Below, one piece after another: positions 16,176 to 24,587 of a DNA stretch of 36,640 nucleotides. The translations under genes were made by a program, and so were the position numbers. Source of the stretch: Lentimicrobium sp. (GTDB taxonomy: Bacteria; Bacteroidota; Bacteroidia; Bacteroidales; 4484-276); assembly GCA_012516825.1 (NCBI GenBank), contig JAAYWF010000154.1, positions 1 to 36,640 of the forward strand, in the 5' to 3' direction. The notes beneath the pieces were generated by a model that searched no databases, was not told the origin of the DNA, and worked only from the letters and a program-made list of their open reading frames with translations. Position 1 is the first letter of the stretch. Each line of letters begins with the position of its first letter.

Positions 16176-18635
16176 TTAAAAATCATCAACGTTCATATCC
16201 GTATTTTGCATTTCAGGCTGATCGTTGAAACGGTGACGTTTGTAGTTATTAATCTTGTAGCTTAAATTAAACATTAAGAAGCGAAAATTGGGTTTCATTA
16301 TATCTTTCGAATAGAAGCCGATGCCTGACGAGGTGTTTTCCCATTTTGCGGTTTTCAAAATATCCTGCATAGATGCTGATATTGATAATTTACGATCGAA
16401 AAGCTCTTTGCGCAACGCTATGCTCGACATGAAAAATCCTTCCATTGTCCCTTGTGCAGTAATACTGGGGCCGTTATAGCTGGTATTGATTTGCAGGCGG
16501 AAATCGTGTGGCAGCTTAAACATCGCATTAGTACGTATATTCCAATTCATGCTTTCGTTGTCCACCATATTACCTTCAAGGTCTCCTTTAATGCGATAGT
16601 GAAAAAGATTTCCGGTAACGTTCAATTCAAACCATTTCCAAAGGGAGGTGTTTATCATCAACTCAGTTCCGAGAGAATAGTCGTTGTTCACATTTTCAAA
16701 AGTGTATAGAAAAGTTCCATCCGATTCCAGAGTCCTGATACGTGTTATTTTGTCGGTTGTATATCGGTAGTAGGCTTCGAAGGAGAAAAGTGATCCCCAT
16801 TTTCTTTTTTGAAACGCAAGCTCATACGAGTCGGTAAGTTCGGGTTTCAGGTTAGGGTTTCCTCTTCTGCGGTTGTAAGCATCAATATACATTACGAAAG
16901 GATCGAGCGACCAGCCTCGAGGCCGATTGATCCGGCGTGTATAACTTGCCTGAATCTGATCATTATTATCAAAAGTTTTTGAGAGATGAAGCGTTGGAAA
17001 GAAATCCCAACGATCAATAAGGGCTGGAGTTTCTGATTTCAGATTTATAATCCGTCTGTAGTTATATTCGGTTCGGAGGCCAACTTGATAACCGAATTTC
17101 TTTGTCTGATCTGAATAGATTCCATAAATGGAATGGATATCATTATCAAACTCCATTTTATTGGAATAGAGAGGGTTTTCGATCCATTCATTAATGAGCA
17201 TATCCCAAAACATAAAGTCATAATCGTCTTTACTCTGTTCGATCCGGGCTTGATATCCGGCTTCTAATTTAGCCTTTTCGCTAAGCGGATTTACATAATC
17301 CACTTTGAAACGCCAATTTGTACCTTCGCCAGGTTCTAATGTTTTAATCTTATATGGGTTAGGATCAATTATTTGCCAGTTTTCATCAGTCAAAGATTCC
17401 GATTGATCTTCAAAAGAATTATTCGTATTATCCGAGTAATTGACCATAACCTCAATCTGCTGACCTTTTTCATCAAATTTATGTTGCGAATTCAACGATA
17501 GACGATAATATGCTCTTTCACGGGTTGAGTTGTTTTGAGTGAGCAAGTTCCTCTTCAACGATTCAGGCGATGTATATTCTTCTTGATGTGAAGTAAAGCC
17601 GTGGCTAAAGTCAAATTCGCCATATTCACCATTAAATGATAAATAGGTTTTGTCGGTCATGAAATACTCTATACCCCCTCTAAGGTTATAGCCTGTACGA
17701 TGCATTTTCCTATCGCCAGCCGAAAAGAGATAACGGGTTGTATCATTGAGGTAAGCCTCCTGAATAGATTTCCTTCTTCCGCCCGAATTGAAATCTCTAT
17801 AACCTGCACCAGCAAAGAAATTAAACTTACCCTGACGGTAATTGAGTAAAAAATCAGTATTAAATTTCTTTTTAGTACCCACCGACAGGTTAAAAATTCC
17901 ATTTACGCCAGATTCCTTTTTTTGTTTCAAGATCACGTTTATGATTCCGGCAGATCCATCGGGATCGAACTTCGCTGAAGGATTTGTTATGATTTCTATC
18001 CGGTCAATGTTGCTTGCCGGAATTTGTTGCAAGGCATCACTACCCTGAAGTACACTTGGGCGGCCATCAACTAAAACGAGAAAATTGGAACTACCTCTTA
18101 AGCTAACGTCTCCATTCACATCCACGGTTACCGAAGGTGTGTTTTCTAAAGCATTTACAGCCGTTCCTCCTTGTGCCATCAAATCCTGACTGACATTAAC
18201 AACCTTTTTATCAATCTGAAATTCAATATGTTGTTTCTCGGCAGTAACTTCTACAGCTTCAAGGCTCTGCATAGCAGGGTCAAGTTTTATTAATCCAAGA
18301 TTTACCAATTTATTATTGGGTGTAACTCTAATATCACCAATGGTTAGTCTGTTAAATCCTATGAAATATATCTCTAAATAAAACCTGCCGAAAGGAATTT
18401 TTTCAAGTTCAAAACTTCCATCGTTTGCGGTTACGCCACCTGTTACCATACTCGAATCACGAACATTGAAAAGCACTATGTTAGCATATTCCATGGGCTT
18501 CCCTGAATGCGAATCACTGATCACTCCTTTGACAATTCCTTCTGGTAACATACCGCCTCCCGACCCGCCGGGACGCTGAGCAACCAACTCTATCGAAATA
18601 AAAATAACAAGTGAAAAGATGATCTTTTTAATCAT
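16176..18635 (-). CDS. TonB-dependent receptor / outer-membrane beta-barrel family protein
   Basis: Signal peptide, carboxypeptidase-regulatory-like N domain, 'LEAVEVTAEK', plug motif 'IDRIEIITNPSAKFDPDGSAGIINVILK', 'GNPNLKPE'. ATG at 18635. Confidence 0.9.
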   Translation of the reverse strand: MIKKIIFSLVIFISIELVAQRPGGSGGGMLPEGIVKGVISDSHSGKPMEYANIVLFNVRDSSMVTGGVTANDGSFELEKIPFGRFYLEIYFIGFNRLTIGDIRVTPNNKLVNLGLIKLDPAMQSLEAVEVTAEKQHIEFQIDKKVVNVSQDLMAQGGTAVNALENTPSVTVDVNGDVSLRGSSNFLVLVDGRPSVLQGSDALQQIPASNIDRIEIITNPSAKFDPDGSAGIINVILKQKKESGVNGIFNLSVGTKKKFNTDFLLNYRQGKFNFFAGAGYRDFNSGGRRKSIQEAYLNDTTRYLFSAGDRKMHRTGYNLRGGIEYFMTDKTYLSFNGEYGEFDFSHGFTSHQEEYTSPESLKRNLLTQNNSTRERAYYRLSLNSQHKFDEKGQQIEVMVNYSDNTNNSFEDQSESLTDENWQIIDPNPYKIKTLEPGEGTNWRFKVDYVNPLSEKAKLEAGYQARIEQSKDDYDFMFWDMLINEWIENPLYSNKMEFDNDIHSIYGIYSDQTKKFGYQVGLRTEYNYRRIINLKSETPALIDRWDFFPTLHLSKTFDNNDQIQASYTRRINRPRGWSLDPFVMYIDAYNRRRGNPNLKPELTDSYELAFQKRKWGSLFSFEAYYRYTTDKITRIRTLESDGTFLYTFENVNNDYSLGTELMINTSLWKWFELNVTGNLFHYRIKGDLEGNMVDNESMNWNIRTNAMFKLPHDFRLQINTSYNGPSITAQGTMEGFFMSSIALRKELFDRKLSISASMQDILKTAKWENTSSGIGFYSKDIMKPNFRFLMFNLSYKINNYKRHRFNDQPEMQNTDMNVDDF

Positions 18636-18761
18636 AAAAATAAAACTCAAAATAATTTATATAAAAAATAACAGGATTTTTGCTTCTTTGTTTTTAGACA
18701 AAAAGGCTAAAAGTATTATTCCGATAATGCCAGATTTTGTAATAAATAGTAACGAATTAAC

Positions 18762-18769
18762 TACATTTG
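18762..18769 (+). promoter_or_regulatory. -7 promoter element (TACATTTG-C) for the macrodomain-DUF5916 operon
   Basis: TAnnTTTG in the AT-rich divergent intergenic region, ~80 bp upstream of the ATG. Confidence 0.45.
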
Positions 18770-18851
18770 CTTTTTTTCTGAACAGAAAGGAAAAAAACAG
18801 ATTTAAGGTTACATTCTCTTTAAATAAATTGTTTTTCAATAATCAAATTTT

Positions 18852-19367
18852 ATGAATAGTAGGATCGAAGTTATTTTAGGCGACATAACGCAATTAAAAA
18901 CAGATGCAATTGTAAATGCAGCAAACCGGACATTGCTTGGCGGTGGTGGTGTGGATGGGGCAATACATAGGGCAGCAGGGCGTCAGCTTTACGAGGAGTG
19001 TAAGACATTAGGCGGTTGTCAGACAGGGGAAGCAAAGATCACAAAAGGATATCACCTGCCGGCAAAATATGTTATTCATACTGTAGGGCCGATATGGCGG
19101 GGAGGCAATGCAAACGAAGCAAAACTTCTGGCCTCATGTTACTCCGAAAGTCTCTCTTTGGCAAATGCACATAATATTGAAAGCATTGCTTTTCCAGCTA
19201 TCAGTACCGGTGTTTACGGTTATCCTAAAAATGAAGCTGCTACGATAGCTATAAAGACTGTAAAAGATTTTATTGAAAAGTATCCTTTACCAAAAAAAGT
19301 TATCTTCTGTTGTTTTGACAATCACGACTTTGCCCTTTACAATAAACTTTTACAGGCCTCTATTTAA
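18852..19367 (+). CDS. ymdB: Macrodomain O-acetyl-ADP-ribose deacetylase (YmdB/MacroD type)
   Basis: 'GDIT', '[24 protein letters not shown]', 'VIHTVGP', '[14 protein letters not shown]'. Confidence 0.92.
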   Translation: MNSRIEVILGDITQLKTDAIVNAANRTLLGGGGVDGAIHRAAGRQLYEECKTLGGCQTGEAKITKGYHLPAKYVIHTVGPIWRGGNANEAKLLASCYSESLSLANAHNIESIAFPAISTGVYGYPKNEAATIAIKTVKDFIEKYPLPKKVIFCCFDNHDFALYNKLLQASI

Positions 19368-19370
19368 AAA

Positions 19371-21803
19371 GTGAAGATATTACCAAAACTTTTTCTTTTT
19401 CTCCTGCTGATTCTCAACTTCAGTGCGGTTGCTTACGGCCAATATGAACGTAAGCAGGTAATAGCCGTAAAAACAGATACTCCTCCCCTGATTGATGGGA
19501 ATCTTTCCGATCGTGTATGGGAAGGTGTTACAGCGGCATCGGATTTCTTTCAATATGAACCTAAGAATAGCGGTGATGCAGGATTAAACACAGAAGTGCG
19601 TTTTCTGTATGATAACAATGCTTTATATATCGGTGCAATGATGTATGATAGCCTTCCGGAAAAAATAACTCGGGAATTAGGGTTCAGAGATTCTGATAAT
19701 TTGAATACCGATTATATTAGTATTGAGATTAATCCTTTTGACGACGGGTTGAATGGATTCATTTTTATGGTCTCCAGTTCAGGTGTTCAGGTAGATAAAA
19801 AAATAACTGAAGAGGGCGAAGATGTATCATGGAATGCCGTTTGGAAAAGTAACGTAGCTATAAATGATTCCGGATGGTCTGCAGAGTTTTCGATTCCCTA
19901 TTCAGCGCTACGATTCTCCAAAGAGGTAAAAAATGGCTGGGGATTAAACATCTGGAGGATCAGACGTAGTACACGTGAGACTTTTACGTGGAATTTTGTA
20001 GATAAAAAGATAGAGGGGGCGCAAAAGCAAACTGGAATAATAGTTGGATTTGAAGAGGTAAAGCCACCAACAAGACTTTCGTTTCATCCCTATGTTTCAG
20101 GATATGTACAAAAAAAGGCTTCAGAACCAAAATGGCTCTATAGCCATCATTATGGGATGGATTTTAAATATGGGTTATCGGAGAGCTTCACACTCGATAT
20201 GACTTTGATTCCCGACTTTGGACAAGTGCAATCCGATGATCAAGTGTATAATCTAACTCCATTTGAAATCTATTACGAAGAAAAACGTCCCTTTTTTACT
20301 GAGGGTACGGAGCTGTTTCAAAAGGGAAACATCTTTTACTCGCGAAGGGTGGGAGCATTGCCAATAGGTTATTTTGCTGTTGATGATAGCCTTAAAGAAA
20401 ACGAATACATAAAAATAAATCCCACGCAAACTAACCTTATCAACGCTACAAAATTATCAGGTCGAACTGCGAACGGATTTGGAATTGGTGTTTTTAATGC
20501 AGTTTCTGCAAATACTTACGCTACCCTTTCCGACTCAACAGGAAATACACGTAAAATTATTACTCAGCCGGTTTCCAATTTCAATATGATAGTATTGGAT
20601 CAAAATCTTAAAAACAATAGCTACATAAGTCTTTATAATACAAATGTGTACAAAGGAGCGAACTACTACACCGCTAATGTTAGTGGCGTTCAGTTTTTAC
20701 TTTTCAACAAACCCTCCACATATTCCCTCTTTGGTCGTTTTAACCTAAGCCAGCAATACAATACGGAAGCAAAAGATGAACTTGGAATACACTACAACTT
20801 TCAATTTAGCAAAACAAAAGGACAGTTCAGGTTCAACTATAGCAGTGAGGCAAAAAGTGACACTTACAATCCTAATGATTTAGGCTTTATACAGTCGAAC
20901 AACTCTACTTCAAACATGCTCGAATTGAACTACAACTTTTATAATCCGTTTTGGAAGTTACTGAGATTGAATAATAGCCTGAACATTAACTATCAGACTC
21001 TCTATGATTTTAAAAAATTTACTGATTTTTCCTTGATGGGAAACTCATGGGCCACCTTTAAAAATCATCTCAGTGTCGGGTTTAACTTCTTCATACGGCC
21101 TGTGGATGAGTATGATTATTATGAATCGCGCACATCAGGAAAACCCTTCATCATCCCCCCCGAATGGCAGTTCAAAATCATTTTGTCGCCAGATTATCGC
21201 AAGCCATTTATCGTTGACTTTTCAGCTAATTATTCTACAATCCCACAGCACGACAACTCTTCCGTCATATTATCATTAAGCCCAAGGATGAGGATTAATG
21301 ACCGATTCACCGTTCGATTTAAAAGTAGCTGGAACCGTCAGACAAATGATTATGGTTATGTTACTACAATTAACACTACCAACTCGCCGATCATAATAAT
21401 GGGTCGTAGAAATTTAGAAAATGTTGAAAACATATTTCAGACATCTTATATATTTTCCAATCATATAGCCTTGGATTTCAGGTTACGACACTATTGGCTT
21501 GGAGCAAATTACCTGCAATACTTCAACCTTGAAAACAACGGCAGGCTTGGCATAATTGAACATAATGAAAATAATGATTTTGAAGTAGATATCTTTAATA
21601 TTGATCTATTAATCCGATGGGAATTTTCGCCTGGCAGTGAGCTTGCATTTGTATGGAAAAATGCTATTCAATCCTATTTCACGGATGATTTTCAATATAA
21701 TTATTTCAGAAACCTGGGCCGCACACTCTATTCTCCTTCTGACAACAGCCTTTCCATAAAACTTCTTTATTACCTTGATTATCTGAATTTAAAAAACAAG
21801 TAA
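19371..21803 (+). CDS. DUF5916-like outer-membrane protein with an N-terminal CBM9-like domain
   Basis: Signal peptide, 'PLIDGNL', 'LYDNNALY', 'WSAEFSIPYSALRF', 'LDMTLIPDFGQVQSD', 'EEKRPFFTEG', 'FYSRRVG', 'WEFSPGSEL'. Confidence 0.8.
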   Translation: MKILPKLFLFLLLILNFSAVAYGQYERKQVIAVKTDTPPLIDGNLSDRVWEGVTAASDFFQYEPKNSGDAGLNTEVRFLYDNNALYIGAMMYDSLPEKITRELGFRDSDNLNTDYISIEINPFDDGLNGFIFMVSSSGVQVDKKITEEGEDVSWNAVWKSNVAINDSGWSAEFSIPYSALRFSKEVKNGWGLNIWRIRRSTRETFTWNFVDKKIEGAQKQTGIIVGFEEVKPPTRLSFHPYVSGYVQKKASEPKWLYSHHYGMDFKYGLSESFTLDMTLIPDFGQVQSDDQVYNLTPFEIYYEEKRPFFTEGTELFQKGNIFYSRRVGALPIGYFAVDDSLKENEYIKINPTQTNLINATKLSGRTANGFGIGVFNAVSANTYATLSDSTGNTRKIITQPVSNFNMIVLDQNLKNNSYISLYNTNVYKGANYYTANVSGVQFLLFNKPSTYSLFGRFNLSQQYNTEAKDELGIHYNFQFSKTKGQFRFNYSSEAKSDTYNPNDLGFIQSNNSTSNMLELNYNFYNPFWKLLRLNNSLNINYQTLYDFKKFTDFSLMGNSWATFKNHLSVGFNFFIRPVDEYDYYESRTSGKPFIIPPEWQFKIILSPDYRKPFIVDFSANYSTIPQHDNSSVILSLSPRMRINDRFTVRFKSSWNRQTNDYGYVTTINTTNSPIIIMGRRNLENVENIFQTSYIFSNHIALDFRLRHYWLGANYLQYFNLENNGRLGIIEHNENNDFEVDIFNIDLLIRWEFSPGSELAFVWKNAIQSYFTDDFQYNYFRNLGRTLYSPSDNSLSIKLLYYLDYLNLKNK

Positions 21804-21912
21804 TCGTCAAATAGCATCAACTTGACAATTGATTAGCTTATTGAAATAATTCTGATTTATTCAATAAAATTACTTTTTTGCAAAAAAATGTTGTTTGAAA
21901 CAAAAGTTGATG

Positions 21913-21920
21913 TATTTTTG
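21913..21920 (+). promoter_or_regulatory. -7 promoter element of tRNA-Asp (TATTTTTG-CAGCC)
   Basis: TAnnTTTG 27 bp upstream of the tRNA. Confidence 0.75.
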
Positions 21921-21947
21921 CAGCCGCACTTTTAAGAGTTCTTTATT

Positions 21948-22024
21948 GGTCCGGTAGTTCAGTTGGTTAGAATACGTGCCTGTCACGCACGGGGTCGCGG
22001 GTTCGAGTCCCGTCCGGACCGCCA
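21948..22024 (+). tRNA. tRNA-Asp (GTC)
   Basis: GGTCCGGTAGTTCAGTTGGTTAGAATACGTGCCTGTCACGCACGGGGTCGCGGGTTCGAGTCCCGTCCGGACCG followed by encoded CCA. Confidence 0.97.
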
Positions 22025-22029
22025 AAAGA

Positions 22030-22067
22030 GACCGTCTTGCTTAAAAATAGGACGGTTTTTTTATTTT
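22030..22067 (+). terminator. Intrinsic terminator between tRNA-Asp and convergent tcdA
   Basis: GACCGTCTT ... AGGACGGTT hairpin followed by a T run. Confidence 0.8.
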
Positions 22068-22792
22068 CCCGAAATCAAATCTCTTATTACAACCGAGGCG
22101 CACAAACAGCCAAACAGGGCAGGCATATAAGCTATCGTTCCAATATTTGATCTTTTATGTTCCACATCAGTAATAAGTTCTAAGCTCTCCTTATCAACGG
22201 CCTCAGGCGAAAAAACTACCTTAAAACCACTTAAAATGTTACGTTTGCGTAGCCTTTTGCGAATATGTAATGCAAGCCGGCATCCATGTGATTCATAAAT
22301 ATCGGATACTTTTATCTGCATAGGATCTAACTTGCCTCCGGCGCCCATTGAACTGACCAATGGCAGGTTTTTTTCAAGACATTTCATTATGAAAAAAAAT
22401 TTCGGCGAAAGGGTGTCAATGGCATCAACAACGTAATTATAATTTTGAGATAAGAGGTCATCTATCTTTTCATTTTTCAAATAGATATCAATAGTTTTTA
22501 GTTTAAGCTGTGGATTAATATCGAGCAATCGCTGCTTTATCACCTCAGTTTTGGATTGTCCTAAAGTACTATCTAATGCAAGTAACTGCCGATTTTTGTT
22601 GGTTTCAGTTACAATATCTCCATCCACTATTGTCATTTCACCGACGCCTGCCCGGCAAATCTGTTCAGCAGCATAAGCGCCTACTCCGCTAAGCCCTGCT
22701 ACCAGCACATGCGAACGGTTTAAAATAGCTAGTTTTTCCGTTCCTAACAGCAATTCAGTCCGGCTCATCCAGGGGTCGAAATTTATTTCCAT
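22061..22792 (-). CDS. tcdA: tRNA threonylcarbamoyladenosine dehydratase (ThiF/E1 family)
   Basis: 'SRTELLLG', 'TNKNRQ', 'YVVDAIDTL.PK', 'VSSMGAGGKLDP', 'VVFSPE', 'GTIAYMPALFG'. Confidence 0.9.
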   Translation of the reverse strand: MEINFDPWMSRTELLLGTEKLAILNRSHVLVAGLSGVGAYAAEQICRAGVGEMTIVDGDIVTETNKNRQLLALDSTLGQSKTEVIKQRLLDINPQLKLKTIDIYLKNEKIDDLLSQNYNYVVDAIDTLSPKFFFIMKCLEKNLPLVSSMGAGGKLDPMQIKVSDIYESHGCRLALHIRKRLRKRNILSGFKVVFSPEAVDKESLELITDVEHKRSNIGTIAYMPALFGCLCASVVIRDLISGK

Positions 22793-23463
22793 GACGTAAA
22801 GATATTTTTAAAATTTTCAACAATAATCTCTTTTAACTGCTCAATGGTAATGTTTCTGAGATTGGCTACTATTTCGTAAATAGTATTGATGCTTGTCTCG
22901 GATTCATCTGTTTCCAAAAAAAACCGACTGGCTGGAATAGTTTGACAAAGCCGAGAAGCATTTGATCCGTTTTTAAGAACCGCATGACCAAAAGAAAAGT
23001 AACAACCTCTTTTGAGGATTAGATTAGCTATATGTTGGTTGTTGTTAAATCCATGAAAAATAAGCGGAATATCTATTTTGGTTTTCTTGTAAACTTCTAA
23101 AATTTCATTTTGGGCCTTTACATTATGTATTATTACCGGTTTTGATACTTTTTGTGCGATGATCAGGTGGTGTTCAAAAACTTTTTGTTGCAAAGACATT
23201 TGCGCTTTTGTTAAACGGTCGAGCCCTGTTTCTCCAATGGCAACACAATGATGATTATAAGCCAGTTTTTCAACTTTTTCAAGTTGGCTTTTAAATTTTT
23301 TTTCATCAATAAACCATGGATGTAAGCCTACGGAGAAATATTGATTATCGCCTATCGGCAAGCTTTCATTTTTCCCTATCAAAACATTGAAAATGCTTAT
23401 TACTTCGGAATCATGTTTCTGGTGATGGGTATGGATATCAATAAATGGCAAAGCGCTTATCAC
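22783..23463 (-). CDS. TatD family hydrolase/nuclease
   Basis: 'DIHTH', 'SVGLHPW', 'IGETGLD', 'IIH', 'IFHGF', 'LETD'. GTG at 23463 chosen because the longer ORF runs through a terminator and tRNA-Leu. Confidence 0.9.
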   Translation of the reverse strand: MISALPFIDIHTHHQKHDSEVISIFNVLIGKNESLPIGDNQYFSVGLHPWFIDEKKFKSQLEKVEKLAYNHHCVAIGETGLDRLTKAQMSLQQKVFEHHLIIAQKVSKPVIIHNVKAQNEILEVYKKTKIDIPLIFHGFNNNQHIANLILKRGCYFSFGHAVLKNGSNASRLCQTIPASRFFLETDESETSINTIYEIVANLRNITIEQLKEIIVENFKNIFTSWK

Positions 23464-23474
23464 TTTTTTTTGGA

Positions 23475-23482
23475 CAAAATTA
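23475..23482 (-). promoter_or_regulatory. -7 promoter element (TAATTTTG) for tatD-tcdA
   Basis: TAnnTTTG between the tRNA terminator and the GTG start, implying a very short leader. Confidence 0.55.
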
Positions 23483-23489
23483 TGAAAAC

Positions 23490-23523
23490 AAAAAAACCCT
23501 GCAAATCTTGAACTTACAGGGCC
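23490..23523 (-). terminator. Intrinsic terminator after tRNA-Leu
   Basis: Minus strand GGCCCTGTAAG-TTCAAGA-TTTGCAGGGTT followed by a T run. Confidence 0.85.
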
Positions 23524-23530
23524 TTTAATG

Positions 23531-23615
23531 TACCCGGAGCGGGAATTGAACCCGCACGGCCGCAATGGCCAAAGGATTTTAAGTCCTTCGTGTCTACCTA
23601 TTCCACCACCCGGGC
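23531..23615 (-). tRNA. tRNA-Leu (TAA)
   Basis: Minus strand GCCCGGGTGGTGGAATAGGTAGACACGAAGGACTTAAAATCCTTTGGCCATTGCGGCCGTGCGGGTTCAATTCCCGCTCCGGGTA; long variable arm. Confidence 0.97.
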
Positions 23616-23651
23616 ACGATTACTCATTAGTTTAAAAGAGCTTCTCAAACT

Positions 23652-23687
23652 AAAAACCCCGAACCCGATTGACCCGGGATCGGGATT
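23652..23687 (-). terminator. Terminator-like hairpin between tRNA-Gly and tRNA-Leu
   Basis: Minus strand AATCCCGATCCCG-GGTCAAT-CGGGTTCGGGGTT followed by TTT. Confidence 0.55.
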
Positions 23688-23763
23688 TGGAGCGGAAGAC
23701 GGGACTCGGACCCGCGACCCTAACCTTGGCAAGGTTATGCTCTACCAACTGAGCTACTTCCGC
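23688..23763 (-). tRNA. tRNA-Gly (GCC)
   Basis: Minus strand GCGGAAGTAGCTCAGTTGGTAGAGCATAACCTTGCCAAGGTTAGGGTCGCGGGTCCGAGTCCCGTCTTCCGCT followed by encoded CCA. Confidence 0.96.
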
Positions 23764-23778
23764 TTTAATTTTGGGCTG

Positions 23779-23786
23779 CAAAAATA
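23779..23786 (-). promoter_or_regulatory. -7 promoter element of the tRNA-Gly/Leu pair (TATTTTTG-CAGCC)
   Basis: TAnnTTTG 15 bp upstream of tRNA-Gly. Confidence 0.75.
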
Positions 23787-23834
23787 ATAATAGATTTCTT
23801 TCTGACAAAACTCTTTTGAAAAAAAATATTAAAA

Positions 23835-24566
23835 TTAAAAGTTAGGTTTGATTTTATACTGTTCATAAAACCTTTCGATATGGTTTACAGCATCTTGGGC
23901 TGTATCCACAATCCTAAACAATTTTAAATCGTCGTGATGTATCATCTCTTGATCTAACAGTTGTTCTTCAATCCATGCTATCAGGCCATTCCAATATGCC
24001 CTGTTGACCAAAATAATTGGGAATTTTATCATCTTATGTGTTTGAATCAAAGTCAATGCTTCGAACATTTCGTCAAGGGTGCCAAAGCCGCCTGGCAAAA
24101 CAATGTATCCTTGAGAATATTTCATAAACATAACTTTTCTGACAAAGAAATAGTCGAAATTTATCAACTTATCGTTGTCAATAAAGGGGTTGGCTTTTTG
24201 CTCGTGCGGCAATACTATATTGAGCCCTACTGATTTACCTCCGGCAAAGTGTGCGCCTTTATTGGCTGCCTCCATTATTCCTGGTCCTCCGCCGGTAATT
24301 ATCCCAAATCCTTTTTTTGTTAGCAGATAGGCTATCTCTTCGGCTAAACGGTAATGTTTATGTTTATCCTTAATCCTTGCCGAGCCAAAAATAGATACAC
24401 AAGGGCCTATCCTTGCTAATGTTTCAAAACCATCCACCATCTCCGACATCACTTTGAAAACCATCCAGGAGTCATTAATTTTTATCTCGTTCCAACTTTT
24501 TTGAACAAACTCTTCTGAATCAGAATCTTCTTTTCGGATAGGATAATCCGCTTCGTCGTTTACCAT
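23835..24566 (-). CDS. LOG family (TIGR00730-type Rossmann-fold) nucleotide phosphoribohydrolase
   Basis: 'VSIFGSAR', 'ITGGGPGIMEAANKGA', 'FFVRKVMF', 'PGGFGTLDE'. Confidence 0.9.
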   Translation of the reverse strand: MVNDEADYPIRKEDSDSEEFVQKSWNEIKINDSWMVFKVMSEMVDGFETLARIGPCVSIFGSARIKDKHKHYRLAEEIAYLLTKKGFGIITGGGPGIMEAANKGAHFAGGKSVGLNIVLPHEQKANPFIDNDKLINFDYFFVRKVMFMKYSQGYIVLPGGFGTLDEMFEALTLIQTHKMIKFPIILVNRAYWNGLIAWIEEQLLDQEMIHHDDLKLFRIVDTAQDAVNHIERFYEQYKIKPNF

Positions 24567-24587
24567 ATTCTTTTTATTATAAAATAA

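Noticed and set aside
18619-18855. Two small opposing ORFs in the receptor/macrodomain spacer
   Set aside because: Low-complexity K/F/I/N translations of an AT-rich divergent promoter region.
21838-21888. TTATTGAA...TTCAATAA inverted repeat and TTTTTTGCAAAAAA palindrome before tRNA-Asp
   Set aside because: Nearly pure A/T stems, compatible with a weak terminator or upstream promoter A-tracts.
7393-23763. tRNA genes as integration sites for an island or prophage
   Set aside because: No duplicated tRNA 3' ends, integrase or phage genes seen; flanks are housekeeping genes.
23464-23787. N-terminal extension of the TatD ORF and the 65-aa ORF 23590-23787
   Set aside because: They run through a terminator and two tRNA genes; translation artefacts.
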